Below the pieces are notes generated by a model. The model had not been told where the DNA came from, searched no databases, and worked only from the letters and a program-made list of their open reading frames with translations. A program made the translations under genes and the position numbers. From Macrostomum lignano (taxonomy: Eukaryota), in NCBI GenBank assembly GCA_002269645.1, contig NIVC01002891.1, positions 1-64,000 of the forward strand: DNA of 64,000 bases. The letters run 5' to 3'. Positions 24,533-37,356 of the stretch are shown piece by piece; position 1 is the first letter of the stretch, and each line of letters begins with the position of its first letter.

Positions 24533-24951
24533 CCCGCATAGCAAAATTACGTATCCAAATAGAAAGTGGGACGCCTCCGATACGTAACTTTTATGGTTGC
24601 AGGAACGATGATGCGTATCCAATTTTTATGATCCTCTAAAGAAGCTCGTTTCTACAAAAATGGTAAACATATAATAATGCTTGTAATTTTATTGATTATT
24701 TATTCCACCATTTTTGTAGAAACGAGCTTCTTTAGAGGATCATAAAAATTGGATACGCATCATCGTTCCTGCAACCATAAAAGTTACGTATCGGAGGCGT
24801 CCCACTTTCTATTGGATACGTAATTTTGCTATGCGGGCTTTTTTAGAGGATCATAAAAATTGGATGCGTATCAAGGACGTTCCTGCAACCAAAAAAGTTA
24901 CGTATCGGAGACGTCCCACTTTCTATTGGATACGTAATTTTGCTATGCGGG
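24533..24951. mobile_element. Palindromic non-autonomous DNA transposon (MITE) with ~132-nt inverted arms and a tandemly duplicated right arm
   Basis: 24533-24664 is the near-perfect reverse complement of 24707-24837 around a 42-nt AT-rich spacer. A second right-arm copy occupies about 24840-24951. Ends are CCCGCATAGCA...TGCTATGCGGG, flanked by CAG on both sides (24530-24532 and 24952-24954), a candidate 3-nt TSD. Confidence 0.8.
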
Positions 24952-26309
24952 CAGGAGGAGGTTTTGGGTTGAAAATGGAAATTAGTACATTTCTCTGGTA
25001 CTAGTGCTGTACAAATTATCAATCCTTAGATCGACAAATGGATCACATCAACTCTAGCTATAGTAGCATGCATTTTTGTGTAGAGCCAAATACCACAACC
25101 ACTATTTACGTAGGAAGACCAAAATTAAGAGATTGTTCAAACAAAGCTATTACAACCAAAGTTGTAAAAAAGCTAAATGTAATTTTTCTTTCAAAATAAA
25201 CTTTAATTACAGGAAAAGCTACAAAATAGAAGTATTTGTATATAAATTTTTGTGTATATGCATTCTGCGTATGTACACAACGTTTAAATGAGTCCGTATC
25301 TTGTTGTAATAATGACTCGAAATAAAGCGGCACGAATTCAATGTTCGTTGTTAGTGTAATTTATCTAAACTTAAGAATGTTTATTTGTTGCTGAGCTGTA
25401 AATGCTTAGAATATTTTTTCGCGCAGTACTAGTGCTTTTAGCTTTGTTTTAGATTTCAGGCTAAACGCAGAGTTGCAGAAAAATTCTACTATGCGAGTTG
25501 CAGTAGATTTTATCCAAAATGTAACGTTGGACCGTTGGTTGTGTAGGGAACTAAATGACTGAACAACATGATTGAACGACAACTGCAGCCAAAAATGAAA
25601 AAATTCTATTCAAAGTATATACTCCAGGTGGAGATGTGGGTTTTTTTGTGTATTTTCATTTTATATTTAGTCGTGTTAATACCAATAAACCTCTATTTTT
25701 AACTTACACGTGATGACTATGACAAGATAAATAAAAATAACTAAAGTTCCTTGTTACAGGGAAAATTAGTGAATTAGATCTTATTGGTCGAATTGAGAAA
25801 TATGAACTATTTTTACATTTCATCTTATAAAGTTCCTAGTATAGTTAGTCTTTCTAGCTGAGAAAAAATTTCTCAATAAAGGCCTTTGCCTCTGGTTATT
25901 ATTTTGAAACTTTGAATTATTTAATAAATTATTTAACCTCGGAAACTGCTAGTTACCCTACTTTGACTAGGCTTTGAGCTATTTGTTTAAAATATTATAC
26001 TTTTTTTCAACATAAGAACTGCCCTTGTAGGTAAGCATGAATTTTAAGTGTTAATGCATGTATAGTTTATAAAAATCTTATCTTTAATGATAATTTAAGA
26101 AAATGATAACAAAAAATTAAAAAATATATAATTAAAGTTCTAGAACTAAATTAAACCTTAAATATTTTTTACATGTAAGACTACTGAAATATATACATAT
26201 AATAGCATTGGGGCACATTCAATTTTTGTTAATGCATTGCTTTATAAACATTAAAAACTGGCATCATCACTATAAATAAGCTAAAAAGCATAAACCACCA
26301 CCAGCTACC

Positions 26310-29300
26310 ATGCGCATTGTGGATTATAACGCCTGCCTTCTGGACGGGCCCGATCTGCGTGGCGCCCTCCTCGACCAGGAGCGCATGCTTGACGACTCTG
26401 TGAAGTCGATGAAGCGCGTTATTGACAGCTTCAACCGGGTCCGGGAGACTGGCCTGAGCCACAGCGAAGCGCTGCTCGCCTTTGGCCGCGCCATCAGCGA
26501 ACTCGGCGCCGGCAGCTCGGACTCGACTGACGCCGGCAAGCCCTCCAGTAGTGTCGGCGCCCTGAAAGCCGAGCGGGAGATGGCCAGCTTCTTCGTGCAG
26601 CTGTCGCAGGATTTGGAGTACATTGAGGAGGCCAGAAGGTAATTGAGGAGGGCATTGAGGAGGGCATAGGTAATTCACCGCCTTGAATAAATTGCAGTTA
26701 AACTCAATGCGGTCTCTTTTACTGGCTCTTCCCGTGTTCTGGTTTCCTATTCACCCTCTTTACCCTCTCCTCCTACCCTTCACAATCTTCCCTTCTCTCA
26801 ATCATACACCCTCTTCCCCTCTTCCTACCCTACACCCTCTTTCCCCTCACTTCCTACCCTACACCCTCTTTCCCCTCACTTCCTACCCGACACCCTCTTT
26901 CCCCTCTCTACCCTATACCCTCTTCCCCTCTCTTCCTACCCGACACCCTGTGCTCTTCCCCTCTTGTCTTACCCTACATCCTCTTAGTCTTCCCCTCTTG
27001 TCCTACCCTACACCCTCTTTCCTTCCTGTCCTAACCTACATCATCTCCCCCTATCTCTACCCTGTAGGGCCTGTACTCTCTTTCTCTTCTCCTTTATCTA
27101 CCCTTCTCCCCCTCCGTACCTACCCTAGCCAGCCCGCCCTCTTCCCAGTCTGTGCCACCTGTCTCTGCTCATGGCGGAGTCCAATCAAGATGATCTCATC
27201 ATTTCCTCGCTGCCCGCCAGGCGGTGGCTGGCGAACTCGCAGCGCCTGTTCGTAGACGAGCTGAACAGCCAGCGCGCCAAGATCAAAGCCTTCCTGTCCG
27301 ACACGCGGCGCGAGTATTACGAAGAGACGCGCCGATTTTATCACAACCAGGAGCGCGCCCTGGCCAAAGCGGCGCCACAGGAGCGCGACATGGACGTGGA
27401 GAGAATCGAGTACTTCGGCCGGACATACGAATACGTGAAGGCGCTGCAGTTCCGGCAGGCTATGAACAAGAGCAGATTCTTTGAAATCATTGCCTCTCTG
27501 CAGAGCGTGTGGAAGTGCTTCTATCAGGTGAGCTGGTGTCACCTCTAGCTGATTTTCATTTTCTCTACCCTCCGTTTACATGTAATTCTCTGACAAACTA
27601 ATTTTCTGCCGCAACCGACCTGCTTCTCTGAATCATTCTTCCCTGAATCATCTTTCCCTGAATCATTCTTCCCTTAATCATCTTTCCCTGAATCATTCTT
27701 CCCTTAATAATCTTTCCTTGAATCATTCTTCCCTTAGTCATCTTTCCCTGAATCATTCTTCCCTTAATAATCTTTCCCTGAATCATTCTTCCCTGAATCA
27801 TTCTTCCCTGAATCATCTTTCCCTGAATCATTCTTCCCTTAAAAACCTTTCCCTGAATCATTCTTCCCTTTATAATCTTTCCCTGAATCATTCTTCCCTT
27901 TATAATCTTTCCCTGAATCATTCTTCCCTTAATAATCTTTCCCTGAATCATTCTTCCCTGAATCATTCTTCCCTGAATCATCTTTCCCTGAATCATTCTT
28001 CCCTTAAAAACCTTTCCCTGAACCATTCTTCCCTTTATAATCTTTCCCTGAATCATTATTCCCTTAATCATCTTTCCCTGAATCATTCTTCCCTGAATCA
28101 TCTTTCTCTTAATCATTATTCCCTTAATCATCTTTCCCTGAATCATTCTTCCCTTAATCATCTTTCCCTGAATCATTCTTCCCTGAATCATCTTTCCCTG
28201 AATCATTCTTCCCTGAATCATCTTTCCCTGAATCATTCTTCCCTGAATCATCTTTCTCTTAATCATTATTCCCTTAATCATCTTTCCCTGAATCATTCTT
28301 CCCTTAATCATCTTTCCCTGAATCATTCTTCCCTGAATCATCTTTCCCTGAATCATTCTTCCCTGAATCATCTTTCCCTGAATCATTCTTCCCTGAATCA
28401 TCTTTCTCTTAATCATTATTCCCTTAATAATCTTTCCCTGAATCATTCTTCCCTTAGTTATCTTTCCCTGAATCATTCTTCCCTTAATAATCTTTCCCTG
28501 AATCATTCTTCCATTAATAATCTTTCTCTGAATCATTCTTCCCTTAATTCTTCTCTTTAATTCTTTCTCTTGAATCATTCTTCCCTGAATCATCTTTCCC
28601 TGAATCGTCTTTCCCTGAATCATTCTTCCCTTTATAATCTTTCCCTGAATCATTCTTCCCTTAATAATCTCTCCCTGAACTGAATCATCTCTCCCTGAGC
28701 AGAATCATCACTCCCCAAACTGAATTATCTCCCCTGAACTGAATCATCTCTACCCTGAACTGAATCATCTCTCCCTGAGCTGAATCATCTCTCCCTGAAC
28801 TGAATCATCTCTCTCTGAACTGAATCATCTCCCCTGACTGAGAATCATCTCCTCTGAACTGAGAATCATCTCTCCCCTGAACTGAGAATCATCTCCCCTG
28901 AACTGAGAATCATCTCCCCTGAACTGAGAATCATCTCTCCCCTGAACTGAGAATCATCTCCCCTGAACTGAGAATCATCTCCCCTGACTGAGAATCATCT
29001 CTCCCCTGAACTGAGAATCATCTCTCTCCTGAACTGAGAATCATCTCTCTTCTGAACTGAGAATATCTCCCCCTGAGCTGAATCATCTCTCTGAATAACC
29101 TCATCCTGAATCACCCGCCTCCCCCGCAGGAATGCAACGACAACCTGGGCGACCGCGAGCAGCAGATGCACCACATGAACAAGTCGGTGATGCTGTTCAA
29201 CAGCAGCGTGGAATCGGCCGAGAAGGAGCTGGACGAGAACAAGCAGCAGCTGCTGTCCAGCCAGCTGCTCCCGGCCAGCCTGCGAACCAGCAGCGGACAG

Positions 29301-31887
29301 CACGAAGGCTACCTGCTGCTGGCGCAGAAGAAGCTGGGCATCCCAACCTCCTGGCAGCGCTGCTACTGCACCCTGATTCTGGAGAGCCGCCACATCAGCC
29401 TTCAGCCCTACTCGCCGGCCAACCCGGCCGGCAGCTCCGCCGCCGCCGCTCCCATCAGCGGCTTCGTTTCCAGCGTCACCGAGGACACCTCGTCCGGCAG
29501 GAAGTTCACCTTTGAGGTGGCCACCATCGAGGGCCGGTCGCTGCTGCTGCAGGCCTATTCCAATAGCAACTTCAGGGCCTGGGTGCAGGCGCTCAGCGGG
29601 CAGCGGGGCTCCGTTTCTGATGAGCAGGTTAGTGCTGACCTCCCTGCTGTCCTCCCTGCTGACCTCCCTGCTGACCTCCCTGCTGACCTCCCTGCTGACC
29701 TCCCTGCTGACCTCCCTTCTGACCTCCCTGCTGACCTCCCTGCTGACCTCCCTGCTGACCTCTCTGCTGACCTCGCTGCTGACCTCCCTGCTGACCTCCC
29801 TGCTGACCTCCCTGCTGACCTCCCTTCTGACCTCCCTGCTGACCTCCCTGCTGACCTCCCTGGTGACCTCTCTGCTGACCTACCGCTGACCTCCGTGCTG
29901 ACCTCCCTGCTGACCTTCATGACCTCCTGCTGACCTCCATGACTTCCTGCTGATCTCCATGACCCCCTGCTGACCACCATGACACCCTGCTGACTACCAT
30001 GACACCCTGCTGACCTCCATGATCCCCTGCTGACCACCATGACACCCTGCTGACCTCCATGACCCCCTGCTGACATCTATGCTGACCTCCATGACCCCCT
30101 GCTGACATCTATGCTGACCTCCATGACCCCCTGCTGACATCTATGCTGACCTCAATAACTTCGCCGCTGACGCCCGCTGACCTCACTGCATCCATGCTGA
30201 GCTCTCGAAATAGATTCCTCGTATATGCATACATATTGTATCTTCTAAGTTAGCAGAGCACCTACTGTCAGTAGCTGATTAGCGCATGCGCCTAATTTAA
30301 TATTTATTTAGCTGCCAGGCCAGGCGGACGCGGACCGGCTCATCGCCTGCCTCAGGTCGCTGGAGTCGCGCGGCCTGCAAGAGGAGGGCCTGTACCGCGT
30401 TGAAGGGCAGAACCGCGAGGTCGAAGAGCTGCTGCAGAGTTTCGTCCTTGGCGGCAGCCCCTGCAACTTGGAGACAGTCGGAGAGCGGGTGCTGAGCACC
30501 TGCATCAAGCGCTACTTGAAGCGGCTGCCGCAGCCGTTGCTCACCTTCGACTTTGTCGAATATTTGATCAATAGTGTGAGTGACAGCTGGGGCTTTGCAC
30601 TAATGTCATTGGTCTGTAGATACAGTCAGGTATTTGTAGATACAGTCAGGTATCTGTAGGTACAGTCAGGTATCTGTAGATACAGTCAGGTATCTGTAGA
30701 TACAGTCAGGTATCTGTAGGTACAGTCAGGTATCTGTAGGTACAGTCAGGTATCTGTAGATACAGTCAGGTATCTGTAGGTACAGTCAGGTATCTGTAGA
30801 TACAGTCAGATATTTGTAGATACAGTCAGGTATCTGTAGATACAGTCAGGTATCTGTAGATACAGTCAGGTATCTGTAGATACAGTCAGGTATCTGTAGA
30901 TACAGTCAGGTATCTGTAGATACAGTCAGGTATCTGTAGATACAGTCAGGTATCTGTAGATACAGTACAGGTAGGGCCTGTAGATCAGCACAGGTAGGGC
31001 CTGTAGATCAGCACAGGTAGGGCCTGTAGATCAGCACAGGTAGGGTCTGTAGATCAGCACAGCTAGGGTCTGTAGATCAGCACAGCTAGGGTCTGTAGAT
31101 CAGCACAGCTAGGGTCTGTAGATCAGCACAGCTAGGGTCTGTAGATCAGCACAGGTAGGGTCTGTATATCAGCACAGATCATAAATCACCTATGATTTGA
31201 ACCGCCCACCCGCAGTCGGATCCGGCCAACGACTCGCAGTCGCACAGGCCTCTCGCCGAGCTCCGCGACCGCCTGTCCACCGACAAGCTGCCGGCTGTGA
31301 ATCGCCGCCTCCTCGCCGAGCTGCTGCAGCATCTTCGCCGCGTAGCCGATCAGTCGACAGCGAATCGGATGCCTGCCGACAACCTCGCCATGGTGTTCGC
31401 GCCGACGCTGTGCTGGCCGCGTCAGATGAATCTGCAGAGCGTGCAGCTCTGCGCCGTCGAAGGCAAACAGCTGCTGCTGCTGCTGATGCAGAAGGCCGAG
31501 GAGCTGCTGCCGGACCTGTTCCAGTCCGAGGCGTCGCCCACCGATGATGCGGCTTCGCCTTCTTCGGACGTCGAGTCGCGAGCGCCGGTGCTGCGCCAGG
31601 CGTCCGGCGACGACATCATCGAGTCGGCGAACAAGAGCGGCAGCTTCGGCCGGGGCGGCAGCCGGCTGCACCAAGCTGGCCAGCTGGCCTTCTCCCTGGC
31701 TGACGGGCCGCGGTGCTGCGCCAGGACTCTGTACCCGTGCACAGCCGACGCCGAAGGCGACCTGTCGTTCAGTGCTAGCGAGCTGGTGTACGATGTGCAC
31801 AGAATCGACGGCGTCGAGGGCTGGTGCTGCGGCGTGATAGGCGGTAGAAGGGGCATCATCCCGCTGAACTATGTGCAGATGCTGTAG
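26310..31887 (+). CDS. ARHGAP26: GRAF/oligophrenin-family RhoGAP (BAR-PH-RhoGAP-SH3), 713 aa
   Basis: Exons 26310-26638, 27149-27527, 29130-29627, 30312-30575 and 31216-31887 (2142 nt, intact frame). BAR N-terminus YNACLLDGPDLR; PH HEGYL...SWQRCYC; arginine finger GLYRVEG; NRMPADNLAMVFAPTL; terminal SH3 ARTLYPC...GIIPLNYVQML. The paralogue (ARHGAP10/26/42) is not resolved. Confidence 0.93.
26740..27130. repeat. Pyrimidine-rich degenerate repeat in GRAF intron 1
   Basis: Recurrent CTTCCTACCCTACACCCTCTTTCCCCT. Confidence 0.8.
27625..29100. repeat. Two adjacent related arrays in GRAF intron 2 (15-nt, then 17-21-nt)
   Basis: TGAATCAT(T)CTT(T)CCC to about 28675, then CTGAACTGAGAATCATCTCTCCC; both share the GAATCAT core. 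Confidence 0.95.
29635..30150. repeat. 12-nt array grading into a ~21-nt array in GRAF intron 3
   Basis: (CTGACCTCCCTG)n, then CTGCTGACCTCCATGACCCC. Confidence 0.95.
30615..31175. repeat. 20-nt array followed by a related 21-nt array in GRAF intron 4
   Basis: GTAGATACAGTCAGGTATCT, then GTAGATCAGCACAGGTAGGG(C/T)CT. Confidence 0.95.
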
Positions 31888-33687
31888 CCCAGTGCCTGCT
31901 GATGCTTGAACCGCAACTGTTCCATGACGCAAATCTTTTACGATATATTATGGTTTTAATGACACTGTCGCGGTGGTTTGTTGTTCAGAAACTTTGACGG
32001 GAAAATTCTTGTGCAGCAGTGACCAACTTTGAATGCTTGAGGCAACACACAATTGACAAAGAACGCATGTTCAAATTATGAAATTTTGCGCATTTTACAT
32101 GCTACATTATTCATTTTTTATTTAGGCCCTTTTAGCTATTTTACGTTGGTTTTTTGCTTATTCATATATATTCTGGCTTATTTTATTTAACTGACCTTTG
32201 ATGTTAGACTGCCTGAATTATTTTTCAGGTGGAAATACACTGGCTCTTGATGCTTCCTTGTATATATTTTTATTCGCCAAAATTCATATCATGCTATATC
32301 AGAACTTCCATTGGTCTTGGGCTGCGCTCGCCAAACCTCATTTTATAGTCGACGCTGAAAAAATCGTAGTGACACGTAATTTAGTCTCTCTGTCTGTGAA
32401 CTTTTAAATGCCAATATGTCGTCATTTGACTTTCATTGTTGTATAATTTTCTAACAGGTGATAATTTTTTGATATTGTGGACTTCTACAAGCTTGTATTG
32501 TAGTTCAGTTTGTTACCTATGCCTTGTCGCAAATTTTGCGAAGTAACTTTTTTTACTTTCTGTAATATTTATGTAGCTTCGAATTAAAACCCTTTAACCC
32601 ATGTAATTGCATATTAAACTATACAGTAAAAAATTGACATTTGTCTAAAAGATATTTTTGTAGTTGTGAGTGATTGGCTTGTATGCCAATAAATTATTTT
32701 AAACAATCTAAAGTCTTTGATTGGTTCTTTTTCTTGAACATTAAACATTAATTCATACATGAATATACATGACTACATGTACGAATACCAAAAAATCAGA
32801 GTAACGGTGGTGTACTATATAAGTATAGATATTACGAGCCTCGTACGTCGTACATATTTTGAAAGCCTGGTAATATTAACTATTGCAAGCGATAATTGAA
32901 ATCGAAAATGTACAAGAAACTTTTTATAAAGAACTCAGCTCATGGAACATTACATGGAACCTTATCTAAAGGATCGAGATCTTCGATATATCAGAGAACT
33001 TGACATGGTTTTGAAGTAAAAATTCTAGCGATCAGAATAAGCTCGTGATTCGTCATGGTCGATAAGTCGCGTAATCCCTTTGTCAAAAAGCACGCACGTG
33101 TAATTTTTTTTATCAAAATATAAATGAGAAGGAATTAGAACAAAATACAATGAAGCAATAGCGTTTAATAAATTGATTTGGATTTTATTAAGAATTTTTG
33201 ATGGATCCATGATCACTTTTTTGCATGTTTGCCGTTGTATGGATTTTAAATTATAAATCTAGCCATCCGAAACACGTACGCTCGTAAAAATATTGTGTGA
33301 CTAAAAGTTTGTAGTTTAATTTTAAACAGAACTTAAGAATATTACATTCAAAAAGTTTACAAAACAATTTCTTTCTTTTTGTAAAGAATAAATAAATTAT
33401 TTTGTTATATATTGCATAAAATTCCAGCAACTCACGAGGAGTCAACAAATTTAAGTTGCAATTTGAGCCCACTTATTGCATGGCATCTTCAATGTAGCAG
33501 ACTGCAGTTGTGTCTTGAGTATTTATTTACAGACCTCGCAAACCATATTCAGACATAATCCCTGTATGAATTAAATATTAAAATTAATTTTTAGTAATAT
33601 AGCTGTGCACGTCGTTGTCATTTTAAGCATTTTGTTACTTATTTTGTTATTTGAACGATACTCGGAGTAAAAGAAAGCGAGTGTGAG

Positions 33688-36600
33688 ATGCATGCCTACA
33701 AAGCCAGACCCAAACCTATTGATGTAAGTATATTTGTTATTAATGGAAAATTATACATTTTCTACGTTAACTTTATAAATAGGCTAATAATTTTATCTAG
33801 GACTGTATTTAAAGTTGGTTATTGGTGATTTTAGAAACAAAAGATAAATTCTAAAAGCCAGAAAACTAGCTAGAAGCTATTCTACCTAAATAGCAACATG
33901 CTAGCAAGAAAATAGCCTATTTTCACCTTCTCTAAACCATTTCTATTATGGAATTAAAATCTTTGATATCTTAGAATTTGATTTTGATATATCTTTGATT
34001 TTAGATAAATATAATGGTCTCTATATAACTTATGGCTTTATGCCTTTGAGTTTTATTTCTTTTTATATTTGATTATTTATGCAATAATATGTATGGTAAA
34101 GCACTAACACACTGACAGATATATAAATGTCTGTAATAATTTATTTTATGATATTACTTTATATATCTTTGGTAGAAGTTTGAGTTTGATTTAATTATAT
34201 AAAAAGAACAAAATATACTATCTTATATATCTATGACCATGATATAAAAGTATTTTTGCATTTAATCTAATATAATTCTATATCTTTTCTAGTTTCTAGG
34301 TTGTAATTTACAATACAAAATATTTTGTCCAAGTTGTTATTATCTAATTGTACTTTTGTCAAAATAACTGATAGCCAATATATAGGGCCTACTCATGGTG
34401 TCATGCATATAGATGTAGGCCTACTGTCTATTTTTATAGCCATATCTTAATTTGGTTACTGACATTGTAATATATTTATTCCCTCTTAGCTAGTACTTAA
34501 TTAAAATAACATACTAGTATATCAACAAGAGACAAATAGACTTCTTTCTTATATCTAAATACTACAATATAAAAGTTTTCTGTTAAAGATTTCCATTTTT
34601 GCTTAGTATTGAACTCTTTTCTAAATCATGTTTTTCTTACACAGTTTGCTATTTATTACCACTTCTTAATGATACTTGTAGTCCTAAATATACAATATAT
34701 GTATTTCTCATTTTATTCTTAAACTTTATAGTGTCTATTCAATCGCTACACTATACACTCAGCCATCAGCCATATGTATTATAATATATACATTAATTAA
34801 TATTCTTGCTTATACTTACCAAAAAAGTATTTCAAGTCTAAAAATATTAGTCATTAAAATATTATATGAAACAATCAATCACAATGCTAATTTTCATTGC
34901 ACAAATTTTAGCCACTACAAAAGCGCATACCTAGGAATCCAAAGTATGCCAATGTGAAGTCTACAATTGATACTGGGGCCAGCATCACCAAGTATATGAA
35001 AAAGATTGAAGAAATTCGAGAGAGTAAGTTTGCTATTGTAAAAGTTATTAATTTCATAACTTAGTAGTATTATATTTACTATAAGTAGTGCAGTTAGTAA
35101 ATGACACTTATTATTGATATTTTACTTGCAAATTTCTTGCCTTTCTACTGTAAGTAAAGTAGCGTGAGAATTTAAATTCAAGTCGTGGGTCCCTCGCCCC
35201 AACCCTCGCGCAGACTATCGCTTCCGACAGGACGAGATTTTCAAACGTATGAAAGCCACCACCTTCGTGCAGCTGATGCTGCAGGTGACCGAAATCAATC
35301 GCAGCCTGGCCGAGCCGCCGCCAGACGCCGGTGAGTTCTCCGACGCCGAGGACGACTTGCTGCCGGCCGAATTTGAGCGAACTCTGCGCGATGGCGACGA
35401 TGGCCAACAGGCCAGGGCGCAATCGGCCCAGTCTCTGGCCGTGTCCGAATCAGACTACGGCCGTCCGGTGTCCACGGCTCGGTCGACTCTGCAGTCAGTC
35501 ATCAGCGGAGTCGGCGAACTGGATGAGAACGGCGGCGGCCGCGGTGGTCGGCTTTCGGCGATGCCTGAGTGGCCGGAGGAGACCCCCTACCTGCTGCTGG
35601 ATGTGCGGGAAAGGGAGGAGTATGAAAGGTGAGGGATGGGGTTGTGACAGGTTAGGGATGGGCTGTGACAGGTGAGGGATGGGGTTGTGACAGGTTAGGG
35701 ATGGGCTGTGACAGGTGAGGGATGGGGTTGTGACAGGTGAGGATGGAGTTGTGACAGGTGAGGATGGAGTTGTGACAGGTGAGGGATCGGGTTGTGACAG
35801 GTGAGGGATCGGGTTGTGACAGGTGAGGAATGGGATTGTGACAGATGAGATATGAGGTTGTGACAGGTGAGAGATGGGATTGTGACAAGTGAGGGATGGA
35901 GTTGTGACAGGTGGGATATGATATGGGGTTGTGACAGGTAGGAGGTGGGATTGTGACAGGTGAGGGATGGGATTGTGACACGTGAGGGATGGGATTGTGA
36001 CACGTGAGGGATGGGATTGTAACACGTGAGGGATGGGATTGTGACACGTGAGCGATGGGATTGTGACAGGTGAGGGATGTGATTGTGACAGGTGAGGGAT
36101 GGGATTGTGACAGGTGAGGGATGGGATTGTGACAGGTGAGGGATTGGGTTGTGACAGGTGAGGGATAGGGTTGTGACAGGTGAGAGGTACATGTAATATT
36201 GTGACAGGAGGGATGGGAATGTGACAGGTGAGAGGTAAACGCATCTGACTCGCGCCACGGTCCCTGGTTTGATTCCGTGCGCGGCCACGTTTATTATCGT
36301 GCGATCCACACATGTAAGTCGCTATTGGCTGAGAGCAGTCACGTGACTACTACATGTATTCCATCCAATAGCGACTTACATGTGTGTTTTGCCAATAGAA
36401 ACGGCCAGGTGAATCCCTAGGTTGCGCCCAAGCATGGATCCACACGCCTGAGGGCCAATCCTGAAGGCACACAGAGAATGTACATGCCTTACTATTAGAA
36501 AGTAAACTCCGATAGAAACTCATTAATGGTAATAATTTGTGCAAATTTTTTCCCAGATGCCGCATCATCGGCGCCGTGAGCTACCCGTACACAATGCTGA

Positions 36601-37061
36601 GCCGGGCCCAGAACTACGAGATCCCCCAGATGCTGGCCTGCCGCAACCGGCCCGGCCGCATTGTGCTCATCTACGATGAGGACGAGAAGATCGCGCCCAG
36701 AGTGGCCACAACTCTGGTGCAGCGCGGCTACGACAACTTGTTCATGCTGTCCGGCGGCCTGCGAGTGGCCGTCAAGCTGTTCCCCGAGGGCCTCGTCACC
36801 GGCTCGCTGCCGCAAACTGCCCGCTCTACTACTTCAAGTAGCATAGTTGGCGGACAGTCGGCCGCCAGTCAGCGGGCAAACGACGCCGATCAATTGGACG
36901 TCGATAAGCTGGCCGCGGCGCTGGATCAGGCTCTGGACACCGGCCGCAGCAGCGCCGCCACCAGCCGCAGCGGTGTCAGCAGGGGCCGGCCGCACAGCAC
37001 TGCGTCCTCGGCTGCCAGCAGCGTTGGTTCGAGTGTCAGCCAGAGGCCGCCATTCAAATAA
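33688..37061 (+). CDS. CEP41: Centrosomal protein 41 (rhodanese-like ciliary protein), 355 aa
   Basis: Exons 33688-33723, 34912-35023, 35214-35628 and 36557-37061 (1068 nt, intact). Family motifs KRIPRNPKY...IDTG, NYRFRQDEIFKRMKATTF, RSTLQSVISGVGELD, YLLLDVR and GYDNLFMLSGGL...FPEGLVTGSLP. Confidence 0.95.
35629..36236 (+). repeat. ~22-nt GT...AG minisatellite starting exactly at the CEP41 intron 3 donor
   Basis: Unit GTGAGGGATGGG(G/A)TTGTGACAG, about 25 copies; most junctions read CAG|GTGAG. Confidence 0.97.
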
Positions 37062-37130
37062 ACAAATTATAGAGAAATGGAAATTCGTCTAAGGGGGAAT
37101 TCGTTTCTTAGAAAAGTTTTAAAGGTTGGC

Positions 37131-37356
37131 TGTCGGGACTCAACTGAAAGGTCGGGGGTTCGATTCTCTGTCCCACTGGAACAGTTTGTGGCCTTGAGCA
37201 AGACACTTAGCTCTGTGCATTGCTTCAGTTCACCTAGCTGTAAGATAAGTGTCAGCATTAGCTGGGGTAGTTGAGGGTGCGTGGTGACCCCGCAGTCCTT
37301 GGACTGAACAGCCGTACGCAGCCTTCAGATGCGCCGCGCAATAGCAGGTGTAATAA
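37131..37356 (+). mobile_element. tRNA-derived SINE copy (5'-degraded, internal deletion near 3' end), just downstream of the CEP41 stop
   Basis: Contains GGGGGTTCGATTC (B box) and CCTTGAGCAAGACACTTA; collinear with the reverse complement of 56633-56907. Confidence 0.85.
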
